Shown: positions 20,701 to 29,780, counted from the first letter of the stretch. The stretch is 64,000 bases of DNA from a candidate division WOR-3 bacterium (GCA_965649205.1 CBFGJV010000009.1:18661-82660), one strand, 5' to 3'. Numbers and translations are program-made. The notes: generated from the sequence alone by a model not told the origin.

Positions 20701-23227
20701 TATAGGTGTACTCCGGCACCGACACGTCTGCCACCGAATCCGGCTGGTCCGGATTTGTGCCAAAGAAAACAGTCCAACTGTTAGCTCCTGCGCCACCAGA
20801 CCAGACAAGAGTACCACTGACAGGAACGCCCGTAGTATCATCTGGCGGGTAGAGCTGAACCGGAGCGCCCAGCCTTACATAGAAATCGCGTACCTCATTG
20901 CTCGCAGTGCGTTGACCATAGTCATCCTTGGCGGCTACGGTCCAGTAGTAGCGTCCGCCTGGAACCAAACCGGTGTACTGATAGGTGTTGTTCGTCACCG
21001 GCTCAATCGGAACTGACTCGGGCATGCTGTTCGTGCCCAGAAACACCGACCACTTGGTTGCTCCGCCACCTGCAGACCACAAAAGATTCCCCTCTGCAGG
21101 CACATTCTTTTCTCCTGCAGTCGGCAGAAGAAGATTCGGTGCGGCCAGCGCCACCCGGAAACTCCAGGTATCAGAAGAAGTCACACCTGTGCTGTTCTTC
21201 GCCAGAACAAACCAGTGGTAAAGCGCACCGTAGGTCAGTCCGGCATAGGAAAACGGCGAACCGGACACATTCCCCTGATAAAGTGATGGCGGGTAGTCCG
21301 TTCCCAAATAGACCCGAAAACTGTCAGCATTCGCTCCCCCGGTCCACGCCAGAGTTCCGGCTGGTGGGATGTTCCTGCTCCCATTGGCGGGAGAAAGAAG
21401 TGTCACTGCGCCAGGGGCAGAAACGTATTCATCCGCCCCGATGTCCGGCCCCTCTGGCGGATTACCGGTCTTACGCAAATGGCCGTCAATGTCTCTGGTA
21501 ATGTCGGGCGCCAGCGAAACTCCCTTGCCGATACATAAGGACCCGGCCGCAAGATGCAGGTCCGGCACTCCCACAATGCCCGGGTCAACCGAAATGCTCG
21601 CACCATCATTGCCTGTCTGTTGCCAGTCGGTCAGCGTACGATAATCCGTGGTATTTATGCGCCCTACGTAGCCGGAAGGACAATACAGGTCATTGTGGTT
21701 GGACTCAACAAAAGAAGAACTGCTCTGCAGGTTATAGCAATAGGAAGAACCGGTTCCCTTGTTCCAGATTATATTGTTCTTGGCAGTAACATTTACTCCT
21801 TCGTAACAGAATATACCGTAACGGTAGTTACTGCTGGATGAGCCGACCAGAGTGTTATAATACAGCCCCGGATTCTCCTGGTAACGCACAGATATGGCTG
21901 TATCTGTAAAACCATACACAAAGTTGTTATAGATCTGATTCCGCTTTCCCCTTCCGGCTCCGGTATAGCTGAGCATCTGTATCCCGCAAGCGCCGGTTGT
22001 CATCAGTCTGTTTCCGATTACCGACACATCGTCGCAATAGTAGTAAACCCTGATGCCGGCGGTCGAATTCCCGTTCACCGTACACCCTTCAATCCGACAA
22101 GTGTCAGCATTCCTGAGGTATATTCCCGCGCCGCCGCCGGTCATCGTCACTTCACAATTCTCCACTACAGCGCGGACGACGTTGTTATCCAAATATACCC
22201 CGCCATTTGTAGAACTGCTGCTAATCTTGCAGTTTCTTACGCGGCTGCCAGCTCCAGTGCGCTGTTCCAGAAATACACCGCCAGACGTGCCGCCAGTAAC
22301 CGTAACCTCTTCCACTGTAACATTCTTTGCTCTGCATTGCACACCGTAGGTGGAATTACCGGCAACTGTCCCCCGCCAGACCAGCCCATTATCCGCCCCG
22401 GCGGCAAAGTAAATACCGGCCGACCCGCCAGTCATAGTCACCGCCGTAGATTCAATTACGATACCCGCGGGCAACACATTTATGCCGTAACCAGTGGAAG
22501 AATTAATGACGCATCCACGAATTACGCAAGCTGTAGCGCTGCTGCTCGTTCCTATGCCCCCACTTCCACCTGTGCAGGAAACGATTGTGCTCTCCACTAT
22601 GACGTCCGCGGCTCCTATGTGGAGTGAATAGTTGGACGTACCGCTTACATTGCAACCCCGCACCCGAGCGCCAGATGAGTTGTTGTAAATGTAAATCCCC
22701 TGATTTCCTCCGGTTTTCGTCACATACGTGCTTACCAGCTCAATGTTACGTGAATTGTTCAGTTCTATGCCATTAGAAGGCTGACCGGATACGGTACCAA
22801 AGATGGAGCACTGCCTGACTGTGCCGCCGTTGCAGTTCTCAAACAGAACGCCGTCAGCTGTCGCCTTGCCAATGCGCAAACCCTCAAGTATCACATTGTG
22901 CGTACCGCTTATTTTGAAGCCCTGCTGGGCATCACTGGCATCAATAAAAACAATCTCTCCAGGCTTGGGTCGGAAGGTTATAGAATAGGACCCTGAATTT
23001 GCGACATTGGTCAGGGTTACCTGACCGGTATACGTAGTTCCTCCTACCGCCTCAAATACGCAGGGACCAGATACGCCGTACAGATTCAGCGAATCTGCGG
23101 CTTCCCTAAAAGACCTGAACTTCTGGGCGTTGGGGTCAATGGTGTAGGTGCCCGCGTATTGAGCGATAGCCATTCCTGCCGCTAGCCCTGAAGCGATTAA
23201 CCAAAAGAAAAGACGGTTGTGACGCAT
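17732..23227 (-). CDS. 1831-aa secreted multidomain protein: right-handed beta-helix, FN3/Ig repeats, CARDB-like domains, Kelch propeller, T9SS-like C-terminal domain
   Basis: Signal peptide; repeated GI-x-L/V beta-helix turns; repeats ending YYWTV/YYWKI; KG/GG..F-Y-R-Y...W Kelch-like blades; C-terminal MPNP...IFDALGR...LSAGVYVIR...QKL. Confidence 0.85.
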   Translation of the reverse strand: MRHNRLFFWLIASGLAAGMAIAQYAGTYTIDPNAQKFRSFREAADSLNLYGVSGPCVFEAVGGTTYTGQVTLTNVANSGSYSITFRPKPGEIVFIDASDAQQGFKISGTHNVILEGLRIGKATADGVLFENCNGGTVRQCSIFGTVSGQPSNGIELNNSRNIELVSTYVTKTGGNQGIYIYNNSSGARVRGCNVSGTSNYSLHIGAADVIVESTIVSCTGGSGGIGTSSSATACVIRGCVINSSTGYGINVLPAGIVIESTAVTMTGGSAGIYFAAGADNGLVWRGTVAGNSTYGVQCRAKNVTVEEVTVTGGTSGGVFLEQRTGAGSRVRNCKISSSSTNGGVYLDNNVVRAVVENCEVTMTGGGAGIYLRNADTCRIEGCTVNGNSTAGIRVYYYCDDVSVIGNRLMTTGACGIQMLSYTGAGRGKRNQIYNNFVYGFTDTAISVRYQENPGLYYNTLVGSSSSNYRYGIFCYEGVNVTAKNNIIWNKGTGSSYCYNLQSSSSFVESNHNDLYCPSGYVGRINTTDYRTLTDWQQTGNDGASISVDPGIVGVPDLHLAAGSLCIGKGVSLAPDITRDIDGHLRKTGNPPEGPDIGADEYVSAPGAVTLLSPANGSRNIPPAGTLAWTGGANADSFRVYLGTDYPPSLYQGNVSGSPFSYAGLTYGALYHWFVLAKNSTGVTSSDTWSFRVALAAPNLLLPTAGEKNVPAEGNLLWSAGGGATKWSVFLGTNSMPESVPIEPVTNNTYQYTGLVPGGRYYWTVAAKDDYGQRTASNEVRDFYVRLGAPVQLYPPDDTTGVPVSGTLVWSGGAGANSWTVFFGTNPDQPDSVADVSVPEYTYTALPGQKYYWTVAAKDKDVPGQRTLAAKVYSFTTLAKPGGFSLSYPSDGAKGVPLAVIMQWQRAERAESYDVYLDTKNPPEFKTTASAESYSPPELLPNTDYYWKIVARNAAGETENTGGIQTFRTVLTEAPVLQTPPDGDTVKAPQQRRPEFFWSALGPPVSGYDIQLDDNDDFQTPEYIVTGIGTNRWIPQEPGLEEGRWYWRVRGDNGAPGPWCDSFFSVFVDLTPPGRPVLVRPIGGVKVNTLRPLLEWEGTDDTRRFRLTVRSVGQVVLERDIEQPENTRRTSYQLEPTEELEDGRTYIWTVEAFDYAGNTAGPADEGEFQVELDKYDAGVTAILYPAGEVATNTPVHPRVVVANFGNRAIQPYVRVTITGPTNEGWSVSEQVDKVIPVGGEPLTYEFAASWTASLLGDYVVRCSTELAGDGRNDNDSLIRSFRVVSASLVHDVGVKAIVEPAARVVLGQAQFPMLVVGNYGEVAEPEVPVRVTIAGPNDEIVYDETTTVSLSVGEEKGILFGRGWIPDEPGLYNLVAQTQLATDTRPENDRKLRTCNVVEQLWPEGWDDVSPMPDLPTRTRLPKDGAWLVAGPDKDRSGTVIYAAKGNKTSDFYKYYPERDSWVILSPIPELEPALGKLKPVSKGSCAVSDGREYLFMVKGGGTQGFWRYRVEEGKWETLPRVPQKIKGGNDLVYVEKGGKEYIYLLAGVKTAFYRYDVDLRQWTTLESAPYGNYRKKYARGSFLVYDRSRFIYAHQAAEIGGNGYHYMFRYDVARDSWNPSPLKGMPVWGIEDGKEKRKKSKDGAGGVWCDGHIYAVKGGGSQSFFRYSPNGDSWSILDTIPRTGSGGKKTVKAGGSLVNWKDRALFLLKGNKTHEFWRYVEPKYKPAGSLAPVSGVQAQAQTRTVVIRVMPNPLVDGFATLRVSGLKNYAVQGATLRIFDALGRCVLVRELVFVDWEAGTLLDLRHLSAGVYVIRLDTGNLHLAQKLAIKK

Positions 23228-23272
23228 AAAAATCCTTTCAGAGACGGTCTACTCCCGAACACTACTGGCGAG

Positions 23273-23300
23273 ATTATCTGCCAGCAAGGTAACGAGTCAA
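23273..23300 (-). promoter_or_regulatory. Sigma70-type promoter (TTGACT-16-GATAAT) of the large protein
   Basis: Near-consensus hexamers about 45 nt upstream of the ATG, which has an AAAGGA SD. Confidence 0.55.
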
Positions 23301-23386
23301 GACCCAAACAAAAAAGCGACATCGGCATCACTGCCCCATTCCCTCCCTACCTCCGCTGCAGAACCCCACACAGTCACACTTTTCGG

Positions 23387-23414
23387 TTGACAACCGCCAT
23401 CTTCTCTTTAGAGT
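23387..23414 (+). promoter_or_regulatory. Sigma70-type promoter (TTGACA-16-TAGAGT) of the ZIP transporter
   Basis: Hexamers seen directly upstream of ATG 23453. Confidence 0.55.
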
Positions 23415-23452
23415 CAAACAGCTTCTTGATGTAATCGTAAGGCAAATCTCAA

Positions 23453-24289
23453 ATGCGCGCCAACTTCTGGTTTGCTTTGGCCCTGTCAGCTGTAGCCGCC
23501 CTGGGCACAGCCGGGGGCTCCCTAGCTGGTATGCTGGTACGCCGACCTGGTCCCCGGTTCCTTGCTCTCAGCCTGGGGTTTTCGGCCGGGGTTATGATGT
23601 TCGTCTCCTTTGCCGAACTTCTCTCCACTAGTATTCAGGACATCGGCTTCCTGCCCGCAACAGGAGCATTCTTTGCCGGCATGCTGGTTATGTTCCTGCT
23701 AGATGCAGTAGTGCCCCATCAGTTCGTAACAGAGGGAACTTTTTCCTCCGGCCATACTGCAGATGCCTGCCCGGACTTACAGAATATCCATCCCGGCCGG
23801 CACCGGTACCGAGGTGGACGAAAACTGGACGAACCTGCCTCCCTGTATCGTATGGGTATGCTGGTAGCGCTGGGTATCGCACTCCACAACCTACCTGAAG
23901 GAATGGCCACTTTTGCCGGAGCTATCAAGAATCGCGGCTTGGGCATTGCCATCGCCGCGGCCATTGCCCTACATAACATCCCGGAAGGTATCGCTGTAGC
24001 CGTCCCTGTGTACTGTGCCACCGGTTCGCGGCGCAAGGCTTTCGGCTGGTCTTTTCTCGCCGGAGCAGCCGAACTGGCCGGAGCTGTAATCGCCGCGGCG
24101 GTTTTCCTGCCCTTTTTGACCACAACCTTTCTGGCTCTCACCCTATCCGCCGTGGCCGGTCTTATGGTATTCATCTCTCTTGACGAATTGATACCCGGCT
24201 CCTATGCATATGGCTACGAACACCTAAGCGTCCTTGGTGTAATCTCTGGTATGGTGCTTATGGCCGCAAGCATTCTCTTACTGAGCTGA
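23453..24289 (+). CDS. zupT: ZIP-family divalent metal transporter
   Basis: GFSAGVM, HNLPEG, HNIPEG, ISLDELIP; several TM segments. Confidence 0.92.
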   Translation: MRANFWFALALSAVAALGTAGGSLAGMLVRRPGPRFLALSLGFSAGVMMFVSFAELLSTSIQDIGFLPATGAFFAGMLVMFLLDAVVPHQFVTEGTFSSGHTADACPDLQNIHPGRHRYRGGRKLDEPASLYRMGMLVALGIALHNLPEGMATFAGAIKNRGLGIAIAAAIALHNIPEGIAVAVPVYCATGSRRKAFGWSFLAGAAELAGAVIAAAVFLPFLTTTFLALTLSAVAGLMVFISLDELIPGSYAYGYEHLSVLGVISGMVLMAASILLLS

Positions 24290-24300
24290 GAAGGAAGGAA

Positions 24301-25098
24301 TTGAAGAACAGGCTCTCTCTCTTAATCCCGCTGTCCGCCCTTGTCTTTCTGGCGACAGGGGGCGGAACAACTACCACCCGGGTCACAGCTGTGCACGACG
24401 GAGACACCTTCGAAACCAAAGAAGGCTGGCAGGTACGGATGCTGGGCATTGACGCACCTGAACTGTACCAGCCGGGAGGAGATATAGCCCGCGATATTCT
24501 CGGCGCGTATCTTCTGAACAAGACGGTAAAGTTGGAACCTGACCGGGAAGACGAAGACAGATATGGAAGACTGCTCCGTTACGTTTATGTAGGCGACACC
24601 CTTGTAAATGCGGAGATGGTCAGAAAAGGCTATGCCGCTTTTCAACCGTTTCAGGAAAGTCTTAAACTGGCAGACACGCTGGCAAAACTGGAAGAGACTG
24701 CCGCCCGTATCGGAAAAGGACTCTGGGCATTCAACGTCTTTACTCCCCGGTCGTTGAAATTGCTAAAGGAAAAACTGAAATCAAGCGGGACTGACTCTAC
24801 TAACCTGCTCGTAATCCCTTACACCAAAGCTGACAGCTTTATCGGCCGGCTGGTAGCCGTAGAAGGAGTAGTAGTCAACACTTATCGTTCAAAGAAAATA
24901 CTGATTCTCAACTTTCATCAGGACTACAAGCGGCACTTCAGTGCGGTGATATTTGCCACCGACCTGCCTCGATTTCCTCCCCACCCGGAAGACTTCTACA
25001 AAAAACGTCGCCTGCGCGTCACTGGCATTATTAAAGAATACAAAGGCGCACCCCAGATAGTGGTCAAGGACCCGGAGCAAATTCAAATACTGGAATAA
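24301..25098 (+). CDS. Secreted thermonuclease (SNase) with C-terminal OB-fold
   Basis: HDGDT, VRMLGIDAPE, DRYGRLLRYV, NAEMVRKGYA, GLW; C-terminal VTGxIxxYKGxPQI. Confidence 0.88.
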   Translation: MKNRLSLLIPLSALVFLATGGGTTTTRVTAVHDGDTFETKEGWQVRMLGIDAPELYQPGGDIARDILGAYLLNKTVKLEPDREDEDRYGRLLRYVYVGDTLVNAEMVRKGYAAFQPFQESLKLADTLAKLEETAARIGKGLWAFNVFTPRSLKLLKEKLKSSGTDSTNLLVIPYTKADSFIGRLVAVEGVVVNTYRSKKILILNFHQDYKRHFSAVIFATDLPRFPPHPEDFYKKRRLRVTGIIKEYKGAPQIVVKDPEQIQILE

Positions 25099-25162
25099 GC
25101 AGTATTTCAGCCTAAAGATATGCCTATCTTAAGTATTCCTCCCGCACCAGCAGGAGTATTCC

Positions 25163-26449
25163 ATGTCTAGCGAGCCAACCGTACACGGTTCCCGCAGCCA
25201 GAAATCGAAACAGAAAGGCATCATCCTGGTGCCACTTCTCATCATATGTGTTGTTATTCTCACAATAGCGTTTTTCCGAATTAGAAACCGCAAGCCCAGA
25301 CCAATCTGCGGTCCGGAACTGCCCAATCCGGATTCTGTATGCTGGGCCGGACTGGCACTCGGCAAAAACGATGTTCTAGCTACAGCTCTCAATCGCTGGG
25401 GATTATCCCGCGAGTTCTACAACAAAGTAGAGGCGGCGCTGGCCCGCACAGACTTCAACTTCCGCAATATAAAAGAAGGAGACTCTGTTTCTCTTGAATA
25501 CCGCGGCCTGCACCTGGCCAGTCTGACATATCATAAGAACTTGGTGACCGGATACAGAGTGACGATAGATTCTTCAGGACAGCTAACCGCCGAAAAGGTG
25601 GAGCGGCCGGTGGACACAGTAAGAACTGTGGTGCGCGGCAGCATAACCGGTTCGCTCTGGAACACGCTGATAGGAATGGGAGAAAAGCCGGCACTGGTGG
25701 TCAACTTCGCAGAAATTCTCAGCTATGAGGTAGACTTCCTGACTGAAGTACACGACGGAGATTCCTTTGAGATACTGGTCGACAAGTACTACGTTGATTC
25801 CATCTTCTACCGGGATGGTCTCATCCGAGCTGCACACTACAATGGCAAGGCAGGAAATTACTACGGGTTTCATTATCGCCTTCCCAACGGTCACTGGGAC
25901 TACTATAACGAAAAAGGCCAGTCCCTGCGAAAAACTGTTCTTCGCTCCCCCCTGCAGTACGCCAAAGTCACTTCCTGTTTCGGAAACCGTTTCCATCCTA
26001 TATTCCGGGTATATCGGCAGCACGCAGGAGTTGACTATGCCGCTCCTACCGGCACTCCAGTATCGGCAATTGCCGATGGCACTGTAACTATGGCCCACTG
26101 GCACGGCGGGTACGGACATCTAGTTGAAATCAAACATGCGGGCGGTCTTTCTTCGCGCTACGGACATCTGTCGCGCTACGGAACCGGTATAAAATCTGGT
26201 CGCCGGGTAAGACAGGGACAGACTATAGGCTATGTCGGCACCACTGGTATATCTACCGGCCCCCACCTGCACTTTGAAATCCGTCAGAATGGCAAACCGG
26301 TAAACCCTCTGAAAGTAATTCCTCCCCGGGCAGAGCCGGTGCCTCCCAGATATATGGACGACTTCAACCGGGTGAAAAATGAATATCTCGCTGCACTCAA
26401 ACAGGCTGCTGGTCCGCTTGTGGCGGTAGCCGCCGACTCCAGTCCCTGA
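25163..26449 (+). CDS. M23-family peptidoglycan DD-endopeptidase (MepM-like), N-terminal TM
   Basis: HAGVDYAA, YGHLS, GISTGPHLHFE. Confidence 0.9.
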   Translation: MSSEPTVHGSRSQKSKQKGIILVPLLIICVVILTIAFFRIRNRKPRPICGPELPNPDSVCWAGLALGKNDVLATALNRWGLSREFYNKVEAALARTDFNFRNIKEGDSVSLEYRGLHLASLTYHKNLVTGYRVTIDSSGQLTAEKVERPVDTVRTVVRGSITGSLWNTLIGMGEKPALVVNFAEILSYEVDFLTEVHDGDSFEILVDKYYVDSIFYRDGLIRAAHYNGKAGNYYGFHYRLPNGHWDYYNEKGQSLRKTVLRSPLQYAKVTSCFGNRFHPIFRVYRQHAGVDYAAPTGTPVSAIADGTVTMAHWHGGYGHLVEIKHAGGLSSRYGHLSRYGTGIKSGRRVRQGQTIGYVGTTGISTGPHLHFEIRQNGKPVNPLKVIPPRAEPVPPRYMDDFNRVKNEYLAALKQAAGPLVAVAADSSP

Positions 26450-26493
26450 GCGTCTGTCAGATACTGTCAGGGAAGCACACCTGTCTGCCCAAG

Positions 26494-26529
26494 AACGGAA
26501 ACCACCAGTATCACTGTGGTAGTTTCCGT
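26494..26529. terminator. Imperfect hairpin between convergent M23 and btuB
   Basis: ACGGAAAC-CAC...GTGGTA-GTTTCCGT stem between the two stops. Confidence 0.4.
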
Positions 26530-26546
26530 CCCGCAAACCTTTTCCC

Positions 26547-28607
26547 TCAAATCTCCAATTCTAACTCACCGTAAAAAGTCCGTCCCGGAACCAGATAGTC
26601 TTTCATGACCTGGTATTGACGGTCAAAAAGATTCCTCACCCCAAATCGGAGAGCGACCCGCACCAGCCCCATACGAGGACTGACCGTCCCCCCCAGGTCC
26701 AGCAACAGAAAACCGGGCAGCGAGTCGGTGTTCGCCGCATTCGTATAGCGCCGACCTGTGTAGCGGACTCCCCCCAACAGCCGAACCGGGCCCCATCCCG
26801 CCCAACCGTGTAGACCCAGACTCAACCGCGGCCGGTAAAGCAGGTCTTTTCCAGCCGAACGAGCCAACATATAGGTACCCGTAGCTCTAGCCCCCCCGTA
26901 ACGAAATTCTGTCTCCACCTCTGCCTCTACCCCCTTTATCGTAGCAGTATCCAGGTTAACAGGCATATAAACAAAGTTAGAATCTGGTTGCCATTGAATA
27001 AGGTCTGTCATATGCGAATACCAGCTACCCAGGCGGCAAGTTAGTATGGGTGCCAGCCGGACTGTGGATGTAAAGTCAATGCTTGTAGCCCACTCTGGTC
27101 GAAGTTCCGGGTTGCCTTTTGTCCACTGATCTGCCGGCCAATACATCTCATTGAAAGTAGGTTGTCGGAAGGACCGACCCAAAGAAGCATGCAGGTCCAA
27201 CCAGGAAACAGGCGAACTAGCAAGTGAAAGCTTGGGACTTAAAACCAGGTGGCCGCTCCGAGCCAGAACCGTATCCCGCCCTTGTCCAGCGCTGGACAGG
27301 TCAAGTCTGGCCATAGGTCTTACTTCCAGCCAACCGACACCGAAGCTGGCCTCCAACCAACCGGCGCCTGTCAGTAGATACGGACTGCCTATGGCTGTAC
27401 TGGCAAGGGCGTTGTGAATCAAATCCACCCCTCCCGCAATCACCAGCGGCTGGGAAATATGCACTACCTGCTTTCCTGATATGCCTGATACTGTGGTACG
27501 ATGTGTGTCGTTACTCCAAGAAAAACTATCTGGATTCCAGTAGTGCCTCCCCAGACGGTGATGGAACAACTTGGTCTCCCACCAGGCCTTATCTGACATT
27601 CGCAATCTATGACTGAGATGAAGTACAGTACGAGAATCATTCAGTCGAGCACTATCCGAAGGCCAGGAAACAGGACCAGGAACGCCCCGGCGTGACACAT
27701 TGTACTCTGCAAGAAGAGAAAAATCCCGCAGAAAACTGACCCGCGCCAGGATACCGGAGTTTGCCAGGTCGGAATTTACTCGTTCCCTTACCACTCCTCC
27801 TGTGTCCTGATAAGCAAAACGCGGTCCAGACCGGACCAAATTTCCCGCCAAGACATAGCCGAAACGGCTCCAACGGTTGGTGTGCAGAAACTGTGTATAC
27901 CACCGTCCTAAAGAACCGACACCGGCAAGAATGCGTGCGGACAACGTATCTGCTTCAGGCGGAATAATATTGATCAGCCCACCAATGCTGTTGGCTCCGT
28001 ACAAAGCCGAGCCCGCACCACGCACCACTTCCACGCGGCGTGCCAGCACCAGCGGCAAACTAGCAAACTCAACCAGATTGTCCTGCGCCAGATTCAATGG
28101 TACCCCATCAAAAAGAACCAAAGTCTGCTCCGCACTTGCCCCTCGCAGACTCACCGTGGCAAGGTTCGCATAGTCCCTGACCAGAGTTGAGGGAACAAAA
28201 GACAGAACCTCGGCAACGCTGGTGCGCCCCCGGGGAAGCAGTTCACCGCCTTCAATAACCGTGACCGGCCCTGAAAGGGATTGACGCACCGGAAGGCGAT
28301 AAGCACTCACGGTAATACCCTCAAGACTTATCACTTCCGGCAAAAGATATACAGCTGTTTCTTTGCCGGCAACCAGCCGGACCTGTTGAGGAGCATAACC
28401 GACGCGGGAAACTGTAACGATGATCGTATCTCCTTCCGGTGGCAGGTTGAAACGGCCCGCGCTGTCGGCGTACACTAAGCGGCCGCGAGAAAACTCTATT
28501 ACTGCATGGGAAACTGGCTGGCGGGTGTATAGGTCAAAAACCACACCAGAAAAAGAAAACCCCAGCTCCGTAAGCAGGGACAGAAACACGGGTATGAAGC
28601 TTTTCAT
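26547..28607 (-). CDS. btuB: TonB-dependent receptor, cobalamin uptake (BtuB-like)
   Basis: Signal peptide, N-terminal carboxypeptidase-regulatory-like domain, plug LRG...DGVP, RVEVVRGAGSALYG, NxxLxPE, NLFD...Y...PGR; cobalamin riboswitch upstream. Confidence 0.85.
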   Translation of the reverse strand: MKSFIPVFLSLLTELGFSFSGVVFDLYTRQPVSHAVIEFSRGRLVYADSAGRFNLPPEGDTIIVTVSRVGYAPQQVRLVAGKETAVYLLPEVISLEGITVSAYRLPVRQSLSGPVTVIEGGELLPRGRTSVAEVLSFVPSTLVRDYANLATVSLRGASAEQTLVLFDGVPLNLAQDNLVEFASLPLVLARRVEVVRGAGSALYGANSIGGLINIIPPEADTLSARILAGVGSLGRWYTQFLHTNRWSRFGYVLAGNLVRSGPRFAYQDTGGVVRERVNSDLANSGILARVSFLRDFSLLAEYNVSRRGVPGPVSWPSDSARLNDSRTVLHLSHRLRMSDKAWWETKLFHHRLGRHYWNPDSFSWSNDTHRTTVSGISGKQVVHISQPLVIAGGVDLIHNALASTAIGSPYLLTGAGWLEASFGVGWLEVRPMARLDLSSAGQGRDTVLARSGHLVLSPKLSLASSPVSWLDLHASLGRSFRQPTFNEMYWPADQWTKGNPELRPEWATSIDFTSTVRLAPILTCRLGSWYSHMTDLIQWQPDSNFVYMPVNLDTATIKGVEAEVETEFRYGGARATGTYMLARSAGKDLLYRPRLSLGLHGWAGWGPVRLLGGVRYTGRRYTNAANTDSLPGFLLLDLGGTVSPRMGLVRVALRFGVRNLFDRQYQVMKDYLVPGRTFYGELELEI

Positions 28608-28647
28608 CAGATTCTCCTTTCATCGCAGGTTGAATCTTCCATTTGTT

Positions 28648-28855
28648 CCGGGGCGGAAAGGTCTCCTGGCTTGCGCAATTGCCTGCCGCCTTCCCGGCTT
28701 ATGCCAGTGGCCAAACAGAAAGGCGCTCAGGAAATCGAACTGCCGCAATTCCTGGCGCCCGCGCTCACAGTGGGCGTGACCGCAGCCGATTCTCACGGCT
28801 TTCCCTGGACCGGTGTCTACCGGTCACCGCTCTTAGGCGGTCTTCCTGCCCCTTC
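28648..28855 (-). ncRNA. Cobalamin (AdoCbl) riboswitch
   Basis: Minus strand: AGGGAA-GCCGTGAGAATCGGC-GCGGT..CCCACTGTGA...GCCACTGG..CCGGGAAGGC...AAGCCAGGAGACCT (B12 box), with GGGGC/GCCCC P1 closure, directly 5' of btuB. Confidence 0.92.
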
Positions 28856-28861
28856 GGGTCC

Positions 28862-28889
28862 AATATACCAAGCCCGCAGCACCGGTCAA
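28862..28889 (-). promoter_or_regulatory. Promoter (TTGACC-16-TATATT) for riboswitch-btuB
   Basis: -10 lies a few nt before the riboswitch P1; back-to-back with a plus-strand promoter. Confidence 0.65.
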
Positions 28890-28896
28890 GTAGCAT

Positions 28897-28925
28897 TTGA
28901 CACAGGATAAGTTACGCAGGATAAT
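28897..28925 (+). promoter_or_regulatory. Promoter TTGACA-17-GATAAT driving the structured RNA and downstream gene
   Basis: Near-consensus hexamers seen directly. Confidence 0.7.
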
Positions 28926-28928
28926 CCG

Positions 28929-29073
28929 GACACGGAACCATTGCCAAGCGCAGAATCAAGACAGCTAGTTATCGACAGTGTCAGACACTACACCTTGCGG
29001 GACGCACCGGGCAACTTCCCTACTCCATTTGTTCTGCCTAGCTGTCACGCGTATCCGCCAGCAGCCCCGTGTC
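28929..29073 (+). ncRNA. Candidate rod-shaped ncRNA, 6S RNA-like
   Basis: Nested pairings GACACGG/CCGTGTC, TTGC/GCAG, GCG/CGC and GACAGCTAG/CTAGCTGTC around an internal bubble; begins at the predicted TSS. Confidence 0.5.
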
Positions 29074-29093
29074 AGCATGATTGTTAAAGAACT

Positions 29094-29780
29094 GTGACAA
29101 AGCTTGCCAGCACATTTTCTCTTCTCTGTATAATTGCCTGGGCATTGCCTTACCACATTAACCAACCGATACCTACTTCACTTGCTCACGGCGAATACTG
29201 CTTAAACGGAAGATTCTGGGGGGAAGGTGGAATACTGTTCCACGCCGGTGTCGGTCTATTCGACCGACTCACTCTCGGCATTTCCTATGGCGGCAACAGA
29301 CTTCTCGGCACGCAGGAACCAGAGCTCTACCCCTGGCCGGCAGTGTTAGCCAAAGGAGTCATTTTGATGGAACACGGCTATTTCCCCGACCTGGCCATAG
29401 GTTTTGAAAGCCAGGGGTACGGGCGGGTCATAAACAAAGAATACGAAGTATACCCCAGAGGCGCGTACCTGTGCTTGGGAAAAACTCTTTCGCCGACCAA
29501 CACCTATGTACAACTCACCGGCAACTACTGGCGCAGATGCAGTGGTTCTCTCGCCATCAACCAAAGCCTGTTGAACGGTCTGGAAGCAATCCTGGAATAT
29601 GACTTGGCACTGACCGACCGTCGGCCGGAACTGAACCGTCGAGGGTATCTGAACTTTGCCCTGGGTTGGACTTTCGCCGAGAAGTTGCGGCTTACCGCCA
29701 GCCTGCTTGACCTGCTGGGCAACCGGGCAGAAACCCGATTCAGTCGCATACTGGACCTTTCCTTCCGCAGTCACTTCTAA
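29094..29780 (+). CDS. Predicted outer-membrane beta-barrel protein (YjbH-like)
   Basis: Signal peptide, amphipathic strands, GVGLFDRLTLGISYGG, PDLAIGF, C-terminal Phe. Confidence 0.6.
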   Translation: MTKLASTFSLLCIIAWALPYHINQPIPTSLAHGEYCLNGRFWGEGGILFHAGVGLFDRLTLGISYGGNRLLGTQEPELYPWPAVLAKGVILMEHGYFPDLAIGFESQGYGRVINKEYEVYPRGAYLCLGKTLSPTNTYVQLTGNYWRRCSGSLAINQSLLNGLEAILEYDLALTDRRPELNRRGYLNFALGWTFAEKLRLTASLLDLLGNRAETRFSRILDLSFRSHF

